Shown here one piece after another: positions 48,778-59,991 of a DNA stretch of 64,000 nt. This DNA comes from an uncultured Cellvibrionales bacterium (lineage in GTDB: Bacteria > Pseudomonadota > Gammaproteobacteria > Pseudomonadales > GM7GCV1). Made by a program: the position numbers and the translations under genes. The first letter of the stretch is position 1. Every line of letters begins with the position of its first letter. The stretch lies in NCBI GenBank assembly GCA_913063225.1, contig CAJXYP010000018.1:501-64500 (forward strand). Direction: 5' to 3'. The notes under the pieces were generated by a model that worked only from the letters and a program-made list of their open reading frames with translations, was not told where the DNA came from and did not search any database.

Positions 48778-50019
48778 ATGAATGCCGTTCTTCCATTTAT
48801 CGCTAAGCGTTATTTACGGGGCCAAAGACGCCACCGATTTGGCGGGTTGGTTGGCTTGTTCTCGTTCTTTGCCCTGTTAATTGGCGTTGCTTCCCTGATT
48901 TTGGTCTTATCAATAATGAACGGTTTCAATACCGAGTTAACCGGTCGGTTTTTGCAGGTATTGCCCCATGCGACCGTTTTTACTGAGCAAGGAGTTGATG
49001 CTGATGAGGATGGCGATGTTACTAGGCTATTAAGAGAAAACTCTGAAGTGATAGCCCTGTCTCCAACTATGGAAGATTTTGTCCTACTGACCTATGGAGA
49101 TAGGCAGTTGGCGATTGGGTTAACTGCTATTGATCCGGTTCTGGATGCAGCGATAGTGGATATGGAGCCGACGGTGGTTCTTGGAGATTGGCAGGATTTT
49201 GTTGATCAGGAATATGGCATCGCTATCGGCATGCAAGCTGCGAACTCTCTGGGCTTGGATATTGGCGATACCGTCCGGGTTAATTTTGCTCGAATTCGAG
49301 TACTTCCGACAGGCCTTTACCCACTCTCAAGAGGTTTTGTTGTGAGCAGCATATTCGCAACTAATTCCCAGGTGGATTCGGAGTTGGCCTTGGTTCGTTT
49401 AGAAGATGCAGAGCCCCTGCTGCGTAACTCCAGCGCTGAATCCGGCTGGCGCTTAAAGCTAGAAAGACCCTTATCAGTCGAGTCCTCTCTGACGGAGATC
49501 GCTCAAAATGATCAATATCGCGTAGTGCCATGGCAGAGTCGCCTTCACGGCCTCTATGAAGCTATGAAGATGGAAAAGTTGGTGGTGGGCGCCATGCTGG
49601 TATTGGTTGTTCTAGTAGCCTCATTTTCCCTTGTAGCAAGCCTTGTAATGACCGTAGCGGAAAAGCGGACCGATATCGCCGTACTAAAAACCATGGGTGC
49701 TGATAGCGCAACTATTGTAGGTATATTTGTCTATCAAGCATTGGCATTCGGCTTTATAGGAATTATTTTCGGAGCGTTGCTGGGAACCACTTTGGCCCTG
49801 AACTTTAGCGAGTTAATTCGGTTTTTTGAGTCGCTCTTCGGCTTTAGAGTTTTTGATCCGAATGTATTTTATGTAAGTCAGTTGCCTACAGATTGGCGAC
49901 TATCTGATTTGCTAATTGTCTGTGGCATTTCTGGTTGTATTGCGTTGCTGGCCTCAATTGTTCCGGCGATTCAGGCGGCGCGTATTGCGCCTGCTGAAGC
50001 AATTCACTACAACGGCTAA
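48778..50019 (+). CDS. lolC: Lipoprotein-releasing ABC transporter permease LolC
   Basis: 413 aa with MacB-like/FtsX topology and a lolC-lolD-lolE arrangement. Confidence 0.88.
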   Translation: MNAVLPFIAKRYLRGQRRHRFGGLVGLFSFFALLIGVASLILVLSIMNGFNTELTGRFLQVLPHATVFTEQGVDADEDGDVTRLLRENSEVIALSPTMEDFVLLTYGDRQLAIGLTAIDPVLDAAIVDMEPTVVLGDWQDFVDQEYGIAIGMQAANSLGLDIGDTVRVNFARIRVLPTGLYPLSRGFVVSSIFATNSQVDSELALVRLEDAEPLLRNSSAESGWRLKLERPLSVESSLTEIAQNDQYRVVPWQSRLHGLYEAMKMEKLVVGAMLVLVVLVASFSLVASLVMTVAEKRTDIAVLKTMGADSATIVGIFVYQALAFGFIGIIFGALLGTTLALNFSELIRFFESLFGFRVFDPNVFYVSQLPTDWRLSDLLIVCGISGCIALLASIVPAIQAARIAPAEAIHYNG

Positions 50020-50055
50020 TTGATATTTGTATGAAATTCTCGAGAGAAAGTATTA

Positions 50056-50748
50056 ATGGATAGCCAAGAAAAACTGGTATTGGCCTGCTCTGAAGTGGTA
50101 AAAAGCTATCGAAGTGGCTCGGAGGTTCTGACCATCCTCGATAACCTCGACTTAGCGGTTAAAGCTGGAGAAATGCTGGCTATTACCGGTGCTTCGGGCT
50201 CTGGTAAATCTACACTACTGAACCTGATAGGTGGCCTGGATGGCGCAGATTCAGGCTCGGTGTCTGTGTGCGGTGAGAAGATTGAAGCGCTGAATGAAAA
50301 CCAGCGGGCCAGACTGCGCAATAAATACCTTGGTTTTGTCTATCAATTTCACCACCTTCTGCCGGAATTTACCGCTTTGGAAAACGTAGCGATGCCAAGA
50401 ATGTTGGCCGGAGAGAGTCTGAAGGCAGCCAAGCAAGCCGCGTTGCCACTACTCGAATCTGTAGGCATGGCTGCGCGATCAGATCACCGGCCGTCGCAGC
50501 TATCCGGAGGCGAACGTCAGCGCGTTGCAATAGCTCGATCTCTTGTCACTGAGCCTGCCTGTGTACTTATGGATGAGCCCACGGGAAATCTGGATCAGGG
50601 CAATGCTGAGTTAGTAATGGACCTGATATCCGGCATCAATACGAGAACCGGTACCGCGATTATTCTGGTAACTCACGACTCTGGAATTGCCGGGCGCATG
50701 CAGCGAAGACTTAATTTGGTAGAAGGTCGTCTGCAGGAATCCTCTTGA
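50056..50748 (+). CDS. lolD: Lipoprotein-releasing system ATP-binding protein LolD
   Basis: Walker A GASGSGKSTLLN, signature LSGGERQRVAIARSL, Walker B VLMDEPTGNLD. Confidence 0.92.
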   Translation: MDSQEKLVLACSEVVKSYRSGSEVLTILDNLDLAVKAGEMLAITGASGSGKSTLLNLIGGLDGADSGSVSVCGEKIEALNENQRARLRNKYLGFVYQFHHLLPEFTALENVAMPRMLAGESLKAAKQAALPLLESVGMAARSDHRPSQLSGGERQRVAIARSLVTEPACVLMDEPTGNLDQGNAELVMDLISGINTRTGTAIILVTHDSGIAGRMQRRLNLVEGRLQESS

Positions 50749-51956
50749 GCGCACTTTTTATCGCCAGGCGCTATGTATTCGGTGTTCGATTGCATCGCAT
50801 GGGCAGCACTGTAAGTTTACTTTCGGTAGTTGGCCTTGCCCTCGGATGTAGCGTGCTTATCGCCGTTTTGTCGGTAATGAATGGATTTGATCGGGAGCTT
50901 CGCGAAAAAATACTAACTATGGTTCCTCATATTAAATTGCTTCCACCGGGGGAATTGGAGGAATGGGCGCAAGATTCTGCCTTTTTGAGTGAAGACGCAG
51001 ACATAATTTCTGCTACTCCTTATGCCGAACTAACCGGTTTGGTTCGGTATCGTGGCGAAGCAGCGCCTTTGTTGCTTTGGGCTGTGGATCCTATGCAAGA
51101 GTTTCAGAGCGGCCAGCTTAAAAACCAGCTAGGTGATGAAGTCTTCCAGCAACTGGATCAACAGCAGGGCTTAATTCTAGGAAGTGAATTGGCGAGTTCT
51201 TTAGGGGTGGCTATCGGGGAAAGTGTAACTCTGATTACTCCTGACGGTAGCGCAGCGCAATTTGCCGGTTTCGAAGTGCTAGATATATTTTCAACCGGGA
51301 CAGAGCTCGATCGACGCATGGCAATAACCTCTTTGTCGACGTTGCGTGCAAAAGCCTTGTATGACGGTGCGAATAAGGGTATTAGCCTGTACACAACCCG
51401 CGTTTTTGATGCCTATACTCACGCATACCAGATCTTAGAGCAGCTGCCGCGCGGATACCGTGCTTCGACTTGGACATCGAGCCACGGCAACTTATTTGAA
51501 GCTATTCAGATGTCTCGTTACTTGGTCGCGCTTATAGTGTTTTTACTGCTCGGCATTGCCGCCTTCAATGTAATTGCTTCATTGATGATTACCTCCGCAG
51601 ATCGTCAATCAGATATCGCCATTCTTAAAACATTGGGAGCCGAAAGTAAGTTTTTGGTACAGCTGTTTAGCCTTCAGGGTTTTCTCATTGGGGTAATCGG
51701 CGCCTTTTTCGGCGCGCTTTTAGGAATCGCCTTAAGCCTTTCTCTTACGGATATTGTCGGAGTCTTGGAAGTGTTGTTGGATCGTCAGTTTCTGCAGTCA
51801 AATATTTACCCGCTTAACTACCTTCCTGCACAGCTGATTTGGTCTCAGGTGTTTTTGGTGAGCCTTGTGGCGATACTGCTATCCACTGCTGGATCGCTCT
51901 ATCCCGCATTGCGGGTGCTTTCAGTGCAACCTGCAGAAACGCTTCGTTATGAGTAA
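50745..51956 (+). CDS. lolE: Lipoprotein-releasing ABC transporter permease LolE
   Basis: A paralogue of the upstream LolC. Its start overlaps the lolD stop. Confidence 0.88.
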   Translation: MSALFIARRYVFGVRLHRMGSTVSLLSVVGLALGCSVLIAVLSVMNGFDRELREKILTMVPHIKLLPPGELEEWAQDSAFLSEDADIISATPYAELTGLVRYRGEAAPLLLWAVDPMQEFQSGQLKNQLGDEVFQQLDQQQGLILGSELASSLGVAIGESVTLITPDGSAAQFAGFEVLDIFSTGTELDRRMAITSLSTLRAKALYDGANKGISLYTTRVFDAYTHAYQILEQLPRGYRASTWTSSHGNLFEAIQMSRYLVALIVFLLLGIAAFNVIASLMITSADRQSDIAILKTLGAESKFLVQLFSLQGFLIGVIGAFFGALLGIALSLSLTDIVGVLEVLLDRQFLQSNIYPLNYLPAQLIWSQVFLVSLVAILLSTAGSLYPALRVLSVQPAETLRYE

Positions 51957-52038
51957 TTGCGGGGCTTTATCTGAAGGGGGAATAGCTCCTAAAGCAGTGA
52001 TAGACTAGTGGTAATAAACATATAAATGAGATTCAAGG

Positions 52039-54347
52039 ATGAAGCTCAATTTCTCTGCCGTTCTCTTCGGCTTTGGCGTCTACCTGATTTGGTTTTTGCC
52101 GGTATTACCTGGCTTGGTCAGCCTCTGCCTTACACTTCCTATATCTTTATTAGCGTTGAAATATACGCGCCTGCTTCCCTTGGGGGTTTTTATTTTGGGG
52201 CTGAGCTGGGGCATATATCAATGTCATAAGATACACCTTTCTCAAGTTGTTGACGCTCCCCAGGGTGTTGATTTCCAGATTATCGGAGTGGTATCTGATT
52301 TACCCCAAGATCGCGGAATCTCGCAACGCTTTGCGTTTCGGGTTGAGTCCTATCGAGGGGAATCGGATGAGCTAAACATAAATAGGCCTCAAAAAATTCT
52401 GATTAGCTGGTACCGCTATGATGATCAAATACAGGTAGGTGACAGGTTAAGTTTGACTGTCCGGCTGTGCAGACCTCGTGGACTCAGCAACTTCGCTCAG
52501 TTTGATTATCAGCGTTGGTTGTTGGGAAATGGGTTTGATGCCACAGGCTACATACGCTCGGGATCGAAAATCGGCATCAGTAACTTATGGGTAGATCGAA
52601 TAAACCGGTATCGATCTTTGGTCTCATTAAGTATTCAGGAACTTGGACTAAAAAACTTTGGGTTGATTTCGGCCCTAGGCTTGGGCCTGAAATCTGATAT
52701 CGAGCAAAACCGGTGGGACCTGTTTACTAGTACCGGCGTAATTCATCTGATGGTTATCTCTGGCCTTCATATTGGTTTTGCCGGGCTAATCGGTTTTTAT
52801 TTTGGTGGGGTAATAAGCAAACCACTTCTATGGCTGGGGCTATTAAAAAGTGATGTGCCGCTGCGGATGGTGGCTACGATAGTGTTTGCAAGTTTCTATG
52901 CGGTATTAGCCGGGTTGTCTCTGCCCGTCCTTCGTGCGTTGATTATGTTGTTAGTCTGGCTTCTTTCTAGGGCGTTCAAGCTGCAATGGTCTGGCTGGAC
53001 TGCGCTCAGTCTGGCGTTTGCTGTAATCGCCTTTCTGCAGCCCACCGCCGTGCTACAAAATAGCTTCTGGATGTCTTTTGGGGCGGTTTTAGTTTTGGTT
53101 GTTTCTATGTCCGGTCGTCCAAGCCAGGGTGGGTTGACTGGTTTGGTCCGCGCCCAGGCCATGTTGCTCTGTGGCTTTGGCGGTTTGCTTTTGTGCTTGG
53201 GAAACTCCGTTTACCTGGCCAGCCTATTCGCAAATTTGCTTGCAGTTCCCTATACGGGACTAGTGTTGGTACCAATAATTTTGATTGCCATGCTTTCGAT
53301 GCCTCTAGCGCCGGGATTTTCTGAGCTGTTGTTGCAATTGGCGGATATGGGGCTCAGTTTATTATTGAGCTTTTTGGAGTTGCTCTCATCCCTTTCACTG
53401 CCTGTGATCTTGCCAGTAAATACCGGCTTCGGAACCGGAGTGTTGGTTTGTATTTCCGGATTGCTTCTAGTTGGAATTCCATCTGTGTACCTGCGGATAG
53501 CTCTTGCATCGATTTTGCTTCCCCTGACGCTGGGAGTTAAAACTGAAAGCCCCCAATTCTCGCTTTTGGTTTTCGATGTTGGTCAAGGTACGGCTGTACT
53601 TATAGAGCAGCCTGGATATAGATTGTTATATGACACTGGCCCGGCCTTTAGTGCTCAGTTCAATGCCGGCGCAGATATCCTGCTTCCGCATCTGACGGCA
53701 ACTTCTAACCATTTGCATACTTTGGTGGTAAGTCACGATGACGCTGACCACTCCGGAGGCCTCGATCCCATATTAAGTAATTTGGATATTGATGAGGTTT
53801 ATGTGGGCGGTTCTGACATGTTTAGTGAGCGTAAGAATATTGGGCCAACTTATTGCGCAGTAGGTAAGTCATGGCGGGAAGGGCAAGTCGAGTATAAGTT
53901 CCCATACCCCCCCCGGAGCGCGAGCGGCAAGCATATAATCTTAACGCTAGGGATAATAATCAGTCCTGCGTATTGCTGATTGAATTCGCGGAGATAAGAA
54001 TATTGCTTGCTGGAGATATCGAAAAAGATGTCGAAGCGGATATTATCGAAACTTATCCAGAGTTTGCTGAAGTAGATCTTTTACTGGTGCCTCACCACGG
54101 TAGTAAGACGTCGTCGAGCCCTAACTTTGTAGCACAACTAAGCCCGGAAATTGCACTGGTATCCGCCGGATATGGCAATTCTTTTGGACATCCTGCTATA
54201 GAGGTCAGTGAGCGATACGAGAGAATCGGGGCTGAAATATATTCAACGGCTGAGTCGGGAGCTTTGCGTTTTGAATGGCAGGAAATAGAGGGTGACATGA
54301 AAGTTAGTACTAATAGGCAATCATTCCTATATTGGTGGCAGGAATAA
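52039..54347 (+). pseudogene. comEC: DNA internalization competence protein ComEC/Rec2, interrupted by a frameshift at a C8 tract (ORFs 52039-53979 and 53973-54347)
   Basis: The first ORF carries the ComEC TM domain and the start of the metallo-beta-lactamase domain (…VSHDDADHSGG…). The second frame is open from 53898 and reads …NARDNNQSCVLLIEFAEIRILLAGDIE…LLVPHHGSKTSS…, which continues the MBL domain. Confidence 0.85.
53907..53914 (+). repeat. Homopolymeric C8 tract at the comEC frame-switch point
   Basis: ccataCCCCCCCCggag. One additional C would fuse the two ORFs (…FPYPPPERERQAYNLNARDNNQSCVLL…). Confidence 0.9.
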
Positions 54348-54419
54348 GGATCTTGGGGCTTTTGCGACAAACTGCATTAAACTTCACTGGAAGCCCGACA
54401 TTAGATACAGAGTAACTAG

Positions 54420-55124
54420 ATGACAGACACCAGTTCCAATCGTTTCTCGCTGATCGATTCACTTCGGGGCTTGGCTGTTGTGCTAATGATCATATTCCAC
54501 TTCTGTTTTGATCTGCGCTATTTCGGATTTGTGGATTGGGATGTACCAAACGGGCCCGGATGGTGGCAGTTTCGGTATCTAATTCTTAGCCTATTTATTG
54601 GCACTGTTGGAATTAGCCTTTCCCTGGCACGGGGAGCGGGATTTAACCGGAAGGCCTTTTTTATAAGACAGGGCAAGCTTCTAATTGCTGCCGCGCTTAT
54701 CAGTCTGATGTCGATATTTATGTTTCCTCAAAGCTGGATTTATTTTGGAATCCTTCACTTTATCTTAGTGGCTAGTTTTATTTGCCTGCTTTTAGTCTCT
54801 CGACCCCGACTGGCGTTGGCGATTGGCTGCATAATAATATTGAGTAATCTGATGGGTTATTTTCACCCATATTGGCCCTTCCTTTACGTTCGGGAAATAC
54901 TTCCAGCCTATACGGAAGACTTTGTGCCCTTTTTCCCCTGGCTTGGAGTCAGTTTTATCGGTATTTTTGTCGGTGATCTTATTCGCCGGCAGCAACCGGA
55001 TTTTTGTAAGGTTTCAGAGCCTAGTACGGCATATATGGGGCGACATGCGTTGATTATTTACCTAGTCCATCAGCCGTTGTTATTTGCTGCTTTTTCGGCC
55101 TATATTTGGGTGCTTCCTCGCTGA
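54420..55124 (+). CDS. DUF1624 (heparan-alpha-glucosaminide N-acetyltransferase-like) membrane protein
   Basis: N-terminal RFSLIDSLRGLAVVLMIIFHF signature; multi-TM. Confidence 0.7.
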   Translation: MTDTSSNRFSLIDSLRGLAVVLMIIFHFCFDLRYFGFVDWDVPNGPGWWQFRYLILSLFIGTVGISLSLARGAGFNRKAFFIRQGKLLIAAALISLMSIFMFPQSWIYFGILHFILVASFICLLLVSRPRLALAIGCIIILSNLMGYFHPYWPFLYVREILPAYTEDFVPFFPWLGVSFIGIFVGDLIRRQQPDFCKVSEPSTAYMGRHALIIYLVHQPLLFAAFSAYIWVLPR

Positions 55125-55334
55125 CTCCGCTGAGCGGAGATAAAAGTCGCTAATTGCGCGCAAATTCTTGAAAAAACTGTTAAAATTCGAGCCCAAATTG
55201 GGGGCAGAAAAGGGTAGTCATATCATTAACGGAATTGATGATAATTTGACGAATTTTTATACACCCGATCCCGCTAAAAATGACGAATGCCTTAGCAAAG
55301 GCACATACGATCAACTACGAGGAAGATCCTCTCC

Positions 55335-57986
55335 ATGGGTGAGCTAGCCAAAGAAATATTCTCGATAAATATCGAGGAAGAGTTACAGCAGTCTTATCTC
55401 GATTACGCGATGAGCGTAATTGTAGGCAGGGCACTTCCGGACGTTCGCGACGGACTTAAACCAGTACATAGACGCATCATGCACGCTATGAACGAACTGG
55501 GTAACTACTACAACAAACCATATAAAAAATCTGCCCGCGTAGTTGGCGACGTTATTGGTAAATATCACCCCCACGGCGATTCCGCTGTATATGAAGCTAT
55601 TGTGCGCATGGCACAGCCTTTTTCTTTGCGTTACATGATGGTAGATGGTCAGGGTAACTTTGGTTCTGTTGATGGTGACCGCGCTGCAGCAATGCGATAT
55701 ACCGAAATTAGAATGGCTCGCATCGCTCAAGATATGCTGGCGGATCTGGATAAGAATACGGTTGATTTTGTAGAGAACTACGACGGCACAGAGCATATTC
55801 CTGAAGTTATGCCGACTCGCGTTCCCACTTTGTTGGTCAATGGCTCCTCAGGTATTGCTGTGGGCATGGCGACCAATATTCCACCGCATAATCTGACGGA
55901 AATTATTAACGGTAGTTTGGCGTTGCTGGATAACGAAGAAATTGGCATTGACGAGTTAATGGAGCATATTCCCGGCCCTGATTTCCCTACTGCCGCGATA
56001 ATTAACGGTCGTGCCGGTATTCATTCTGCATACCACACTGGACGTGGACGTATTTACGTGCGCTCTAGAGCCGAAGTGCTTGTCGATGAGAAAACTGGCC
56101 GTGAAACTATTTTGGTTCACGAGCTTCCCTACCAAGTAAACAAAGCACGCTTGATTGAAAAAATTGCCGAGTTGGTAAAAGAGAAAAAAATAGAAGGTAT
56201 TTCTGAGCTTCGTGATGAGTCAGATAAAGACGGATTGCGCGTTGTTATCGAGATGAAGCGAGGCGAGTCAGGCGAGGTGATCTTAAATAACCTATACGCC
56301 CAGACTCAAATGGAAACGGTATTTGGTATCAATATCGTTGCCCTTGCTGATGGGCAGCCGCAGACCCTGAATCTGAAGCAGTTGCTTGAGCACTTTCTTA
56401 AGCATCGCCGTGAGGTGGTTACTCGCCGGACTTTATTCCTGCTTAAGAAAGCGCGTGAGCGTGCACATGTATTGGAAGGGCTAACCCTTGCCATCTCAAA
56501 TATTGACCCGGTAATTGAACTGGTTAAAAAGTCTCCCACTCCAGCAGAGGCTAAGCTTGCGCTTATTACGAAAGGCTGGAATCCAGAAGCCGTGATTGGC
56601 ATGCTCGGACGCGCAGGTGCTGATGCATCGCGCCCTGAAGGCTTGGAAAAAGAATTCGGAATGCGCGGTGAGGAGTATTTCTTATCTCCAGACCAAGCTC
56701 AGGCAATTTTGGACTTACGCCTGCACCGACTTACTGGTCTTGAACACAATAAACTTATTGAAGAATACAAGCTAAAACTTGAAGAGATTGGAGAATATCT
56801 CGGCATTTTAGGTGATAGCGATAAATTGATTGCGGTTATACGTGAAGAGTTAGAGGCTGTTCGTGATTCCTATGGTGATGAACGTAGAACAGAAATCGTA
56901 GAAAGCCGTTTAGATTTAACGCATGAAGATTTGATTCCTGAAGAAGATAGGGTGGTTACTCTTTCTCATGGTGGTTACGCTAAGAGCCAACCGCTGGCGG
57001 ATTATCGTGCACAGCGCCGTGGCGGCACGGGTCGATCAGCGACAGCGGTCAAAGAAGAAGATTTTGTTGAGAAGTTACTGATTGCGAATACTCACGACAC
57101 CATTCTTTGCTTTAGTGATATGGGTAAAGTTTATTGGCTTAAGGTTTATCAAATTCCAGTGGCCAGCCGTCAATCTCGTGGTCGACCTATGGTGAATTTG
57201 CTGCCATTGGATGCGGAAGAAAACATCACTTCTATCCTCCCGGTAAGCGAATACTCGGATGACAAATATATTCTTATGGCTACTGCCATGGGTACCATTA
57301 AAAAGACTGTGCTGTCCGCTTATGCGCGGCAACGAAGTGTCGGTCTAAAAGCTGTCGAGCTGGATGATGGCGATCATCTGATTGGCACAGCCATTACTGA
57401 TGGTGAATCCGATGTGATGTTGTTTGTTGACTCCGGCAAGGCTATTCGCTTCAACGAGCAGGATATTCGTACCACTGGGCGTGTTTCACGTGGTGTTCGT
57501 GGTATTCGGGTCAAAAATGATCAGCAGGTTATTTCGCTGATGGTTCCGGGTCCTGAAAGCAAGGTATTGACCGTTACCGAGAATGGCTACGGTAAGCAGA
57601 CTCAAGTGTCGGACTTTTCTACTCAGGGTCGAGGTGGACAGGGCGTAATCGCTATGCAGTGTTCAGAGCGAAACGGTTCTCTGGTTAGTGCCTTGGAAAT
57701 CATTCCTGGCGATGAAGTAATGTTGATTTCTGACGGAGGTACCGTCGTACGTACTGCCACAGATGAGATCTCAACTTTGGGACGCAATACCCAGGGTGTG
57801 CGGGTTATCCGTCTGAAGAAAGAAGAAAAACTGATTGCAGCTGAACGAATAGCTGAGTCGGAAGAAGACGAGTTTGAGGAAGAGGGGTCTGAAGAGCAAT
57901 CTGTAGACTCCTCATCTCTAGAGACGCAGCCTGTAGAGACTGAAGCTGAAGAGCCTGAATCAGAAGAGCCCAAAGACGATGAGTAG
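55335..57986 (+). CDS. gyrA: DNA gyrase subunit A with an acidic C-terminal tail
   Basis: …[28 protein letters not shown]…AAMRYTE (catalytic Tyr region) and C-terminal beta-pinwheel repeats. Confidence 0.97.
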   Translation: MGELAKEIFSINIEEELQQSYLDYAMSVIVGRALPDVRDGLKPVHRRIMHAMNELGNYYNKPYKKSARVVGDVIGKYHPHGDSAVYEAIVRMAQPFSLRYMMVDGQGNFGSVDGDRAAAMRYTEIRMARIAQDMLADLDKNTVDFVENYDGTEHIPEVMPTRVPTLLVNGSSGIAVGMATNIPPHNLTEIINGSLALLDNEEIGIDELMEHIPGPDFPTAAIINGRAGIHSAYHTGRGRIYVRSRAEVLVDEKTGRETILVHELPYQVNKARLIEKIAELVKEKKIEGISELRDESDKDGLRVVIEMKRGESGEVILNNLYAQTQMETVFGINIVALADGQPQTLNLKQLLEHFLKHRREVVTRRTLFLLKKARERAHVLEGLTLAISNIDPVIELVKKSPTPAEAKLALITKGWNPEAVIGMLGRAGADASRPEGLEKEFGMRGEEYFLSPDQAQAILDLRLHRLTGLEHNKLIEEYKLKLEEIGEYLGILGDSDKLIAVIREELEAVRDSYGDERRTEIVESRLDLTHEDLIPEEDRVVTLSHGGYAKSQPLADYRAQRRGGTGRSATAVKEEDFVEKLLIANTHDTILCFSDMGKVYWLKVYQIPVASRQSRGRPMVNLLPLDAEENITSILPVSEYSDDKYILMATAMGTIKKTVLSAYARQRSVGLKAVELDDGDHLIGTAITDGESDVMLFVDSGKAIRFNEQDIRTTGRVSRGVRGIRVKNDQQVISLMVPGPESKVLTVTENGYGKQTQVSDFSTQGRGGQGVIAMQCSERNGSLVSALEIIPGDEVMLISDGGTVVRTATDEISTLGRNTQGVRVIRLKKEEKLIAAERIAESEEDEFEEEGSEEQSVDSSSLETQPVETEAEEPESEEPKDDE

Positions 57987-57991
57987 CTCAG

Positions 57992-59080
57992 ATGACTAGT
58001 AAGAACGATCTCGCCGGATTACGGGAGAGCATCGATAGCATCGACGACCAGCTTGTTAAATTAATTAGCGAGCGCGCTGCTTGTGCCTCTGAAGTCGCTA
58101 GCATCAAAAAGAAATCAGAATCGGATGCCGTGTTCTATCGACCAGAACGTGAAGCTCAGATTCTGCGACGCATCATGGAACAGAATAATGGCCCCCTCGA
58201 TGATGAGGAAATGGCCAGATTGTTTCGTGAAGTAATGTCAGCTTGTCTGGCTCTTGAAGAGCCTACTAAAGTTGCTTATCTGGGTCCTGAGGGAACTTTT
58301 ACTCAGGCCGCTGCGCTAAAGCATTTCGGGCACAGTTCAGTTTCTCAGCCTCAATCGACCATCGAGCAAGTATTTCGTGAAGTTGAGGCAGGAGCATGCC
58401 ATTACGGTGTGGTTCCGGTTGAAAATTCCACTGAAGGCATCGTTACCCATACTCTAGATAGCTTTATTAATTCTGGGTTGAAGATTTGCGGTGAAGTTGA
58501 GTTACGTATTCACCACAATCTAATGATTGGTGAAAAGACGGATGAGTCTGGAATCACTCGAGTTTATTCTCATGCCCAATCTTTGGCCCAATGTCGCCGA
58601 TGGTTAGATGCGAATTACCCTTCTATCGAAAAGATCGCGGTTAGTAGTAATGCCGAAGCGGCTCGTCGTGTAAAAACCGAGTGGAGCAGTGCTGCCATTG
58701 CTGGAAATATAGCTTCTGAATTGTATGAGCTGCAAATCATCGCCGAGAACATTGAGGACCACCCGGACAATACCACTCGTTTTCTGGTAATCGGTGGTGT
58801 GGACATCGGTGCCAGCGGAAACGACAAAACATCAGTAATGTTGTCTGTGAAAAACAAACCCGGTGCTTTATTTGCGCTGCTTGAACCCTTTGAGCGTGCG
58901 GGCGTTGATCTGACTCGATTGGAGTCTCGTCCATCACTCTCTGAGAATTGGAACTATGTCTTCTTTATCGACTTTAAAGGGCATATCTCTAACGATAACG
59001 TTGCCGCAGTGCTCGCTGAGCTAGAAAACATAGGCTGTGCGGTGAAAATCTTGGGTTCTTATCCGGTAGCTGTGCTTTAA
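57992..59080 (+). CDS. pheA: Bifunctional chorismate mutase / prephenate dehydratase (P-protein)
   Basis: CM domain (LRESIDSIDDQLVKLISERA), PDT domain (…VAYLGPEGTFT…) and an ACT domain with ESRP (LTRLESRPS). Confidence 0.92.
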   Translation: MTSKNDLAGLRESIDSIDDQLVKLISERAACASEVASIKKKSESDAVFYRPEREAQILRRIMEQNNGPLDDEEMARLFREVMSACLALEEPTKVAYLGPEGTFTQAAALKHFGHSSVSQPQSTIEQVFREVEAGACHYGVVPVENSTEGIVTHTLDSFINSGLKICGEVELRIHHNLMIGEKTDESGITRVYSHAQSLAQCRRWLDANYPSIEKIAVSSNAEAARRVKTEWSSAAIAGNIASELYELQIIAENIEDHPDNTTRFLVIGGVDIGASGNDKTSVMLSVKNKPGALFALLEPFERAGVDLTRLESRPSLSENWNYVFFIDFKGHISNDNVAAVLAELENIGCAVKILGSYPVAVL

Positions 59081-59094
59081 AGCACATATCTTTT

Positions 59095-59991
59095 ATGTCT
59101 GATCCTCTCGCAAGGCGCCTAGTAGTTATTGGCCTCGGTCTTATCGGCGGTAGCTTGGCCAAGGCGGCTAAGCAACGCGGTTTGGTTAGTCAGGTTATAG
59201 GTATGAACCGCAATGCGAATTCCCTTGAATATGCGCTCAAGGCTAATGTAATTGATCAGGCTTTCCAGTCCGTAGAAGAAGCTATAGCAGGCTGCACAGA
59301 CGAAGATGTTATTTTACTTGGCGTGCCGGTCTTGTCTATGGGGCCGGTTCTTCAGAAAATCCACGACCATTTAAAAGTCGATGCAACCATTACTGATGTT
59401 GGCAGCGCCAAGTCTATTGTGGTTGAACAGGCGCAAAATATTTGGTCTCAGATGCCAAGTAATTTGATACCAGCGCACCCCATAGCGGGATCTGAAAAGT
59501 TTGGGGTGCAGGCTGCTGATGCGTCTTTATTTGAAGATCACCGAGTGATTTTGACTCCTACAGGATCGCAATCTGACCGGCACCTTCAGCGAGTTCGGGA
59601 TCTTTGGACGGGAGTTGGCGCCGAAGTAGACGAAATGTCTGCTGAACACCACGATAAAATTTTAGCGGCCACCAGTCACCTTCCGCATATATTGGCTTTT
59701 ACGCTGGTAGACCAGTTGGCAAGTATGGAAGAGCAAACGGAAGTTTTGCGCTATGCCGCTGGCGGGTTCCGTGATTTTAGTCGCATAGCTGGTTCAGACC
59801 CAGTTATGTGGCGCGATATATTGATAGCCAATCGCGAATCAATCATCAGTCGTATAGATGAGTTTGAGACGCATTTGGAAAAACTAAAAGCCGCTTTGGG
59901 GGATTCTTCTCCGGAGCAAATACAAGAAATATTTGAGAGAGCTCAAAAAACCCGTAACGGGTTTCTGCATAAGTCGGACGAAAATTTGTGA
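59095..59991 (+). CDS. tyrA: Prephenate/arogenate dehydrogenase
   Basis: Rossmann motif VIGLGLIGGSLA plus the …HPIAGSEK…SHLPH… TyrA motifs. Confidence 0.88.
   Translation: MSDPLARRLVVIGLGLIGGSLAKAAKQRGLVSQVIGMNRNANSLEYALKANVIDQAFQSVEEAIAGCTDEDVILLGVPVLSMGPVLQKIHDHLKVDATITDVGSAKSIVVEQAQNIWSQMPSNLIPAHPIAGSEKFGVQAADASLFEDHRVILTPTGSQSDRHLQRVRDLWTGVGAEVDEMSAEHHDKILAATSHLPHILAFTLVDQLASMEEQTEVLRYAAGGFRDFSRIAGSDPVMWRDILIANRESIISRIDEFETHLEKLKAALGDSSPEQIQEIFERAQKTRNGFLHKSDENL

Noticed and set aside
52026-52229. 67-aa ORF overlapping the comEC start
   Set aside because: It is an alternative frame of the hydrophobic ComEC N-terminus. The comEC frame continues for 646 codons.
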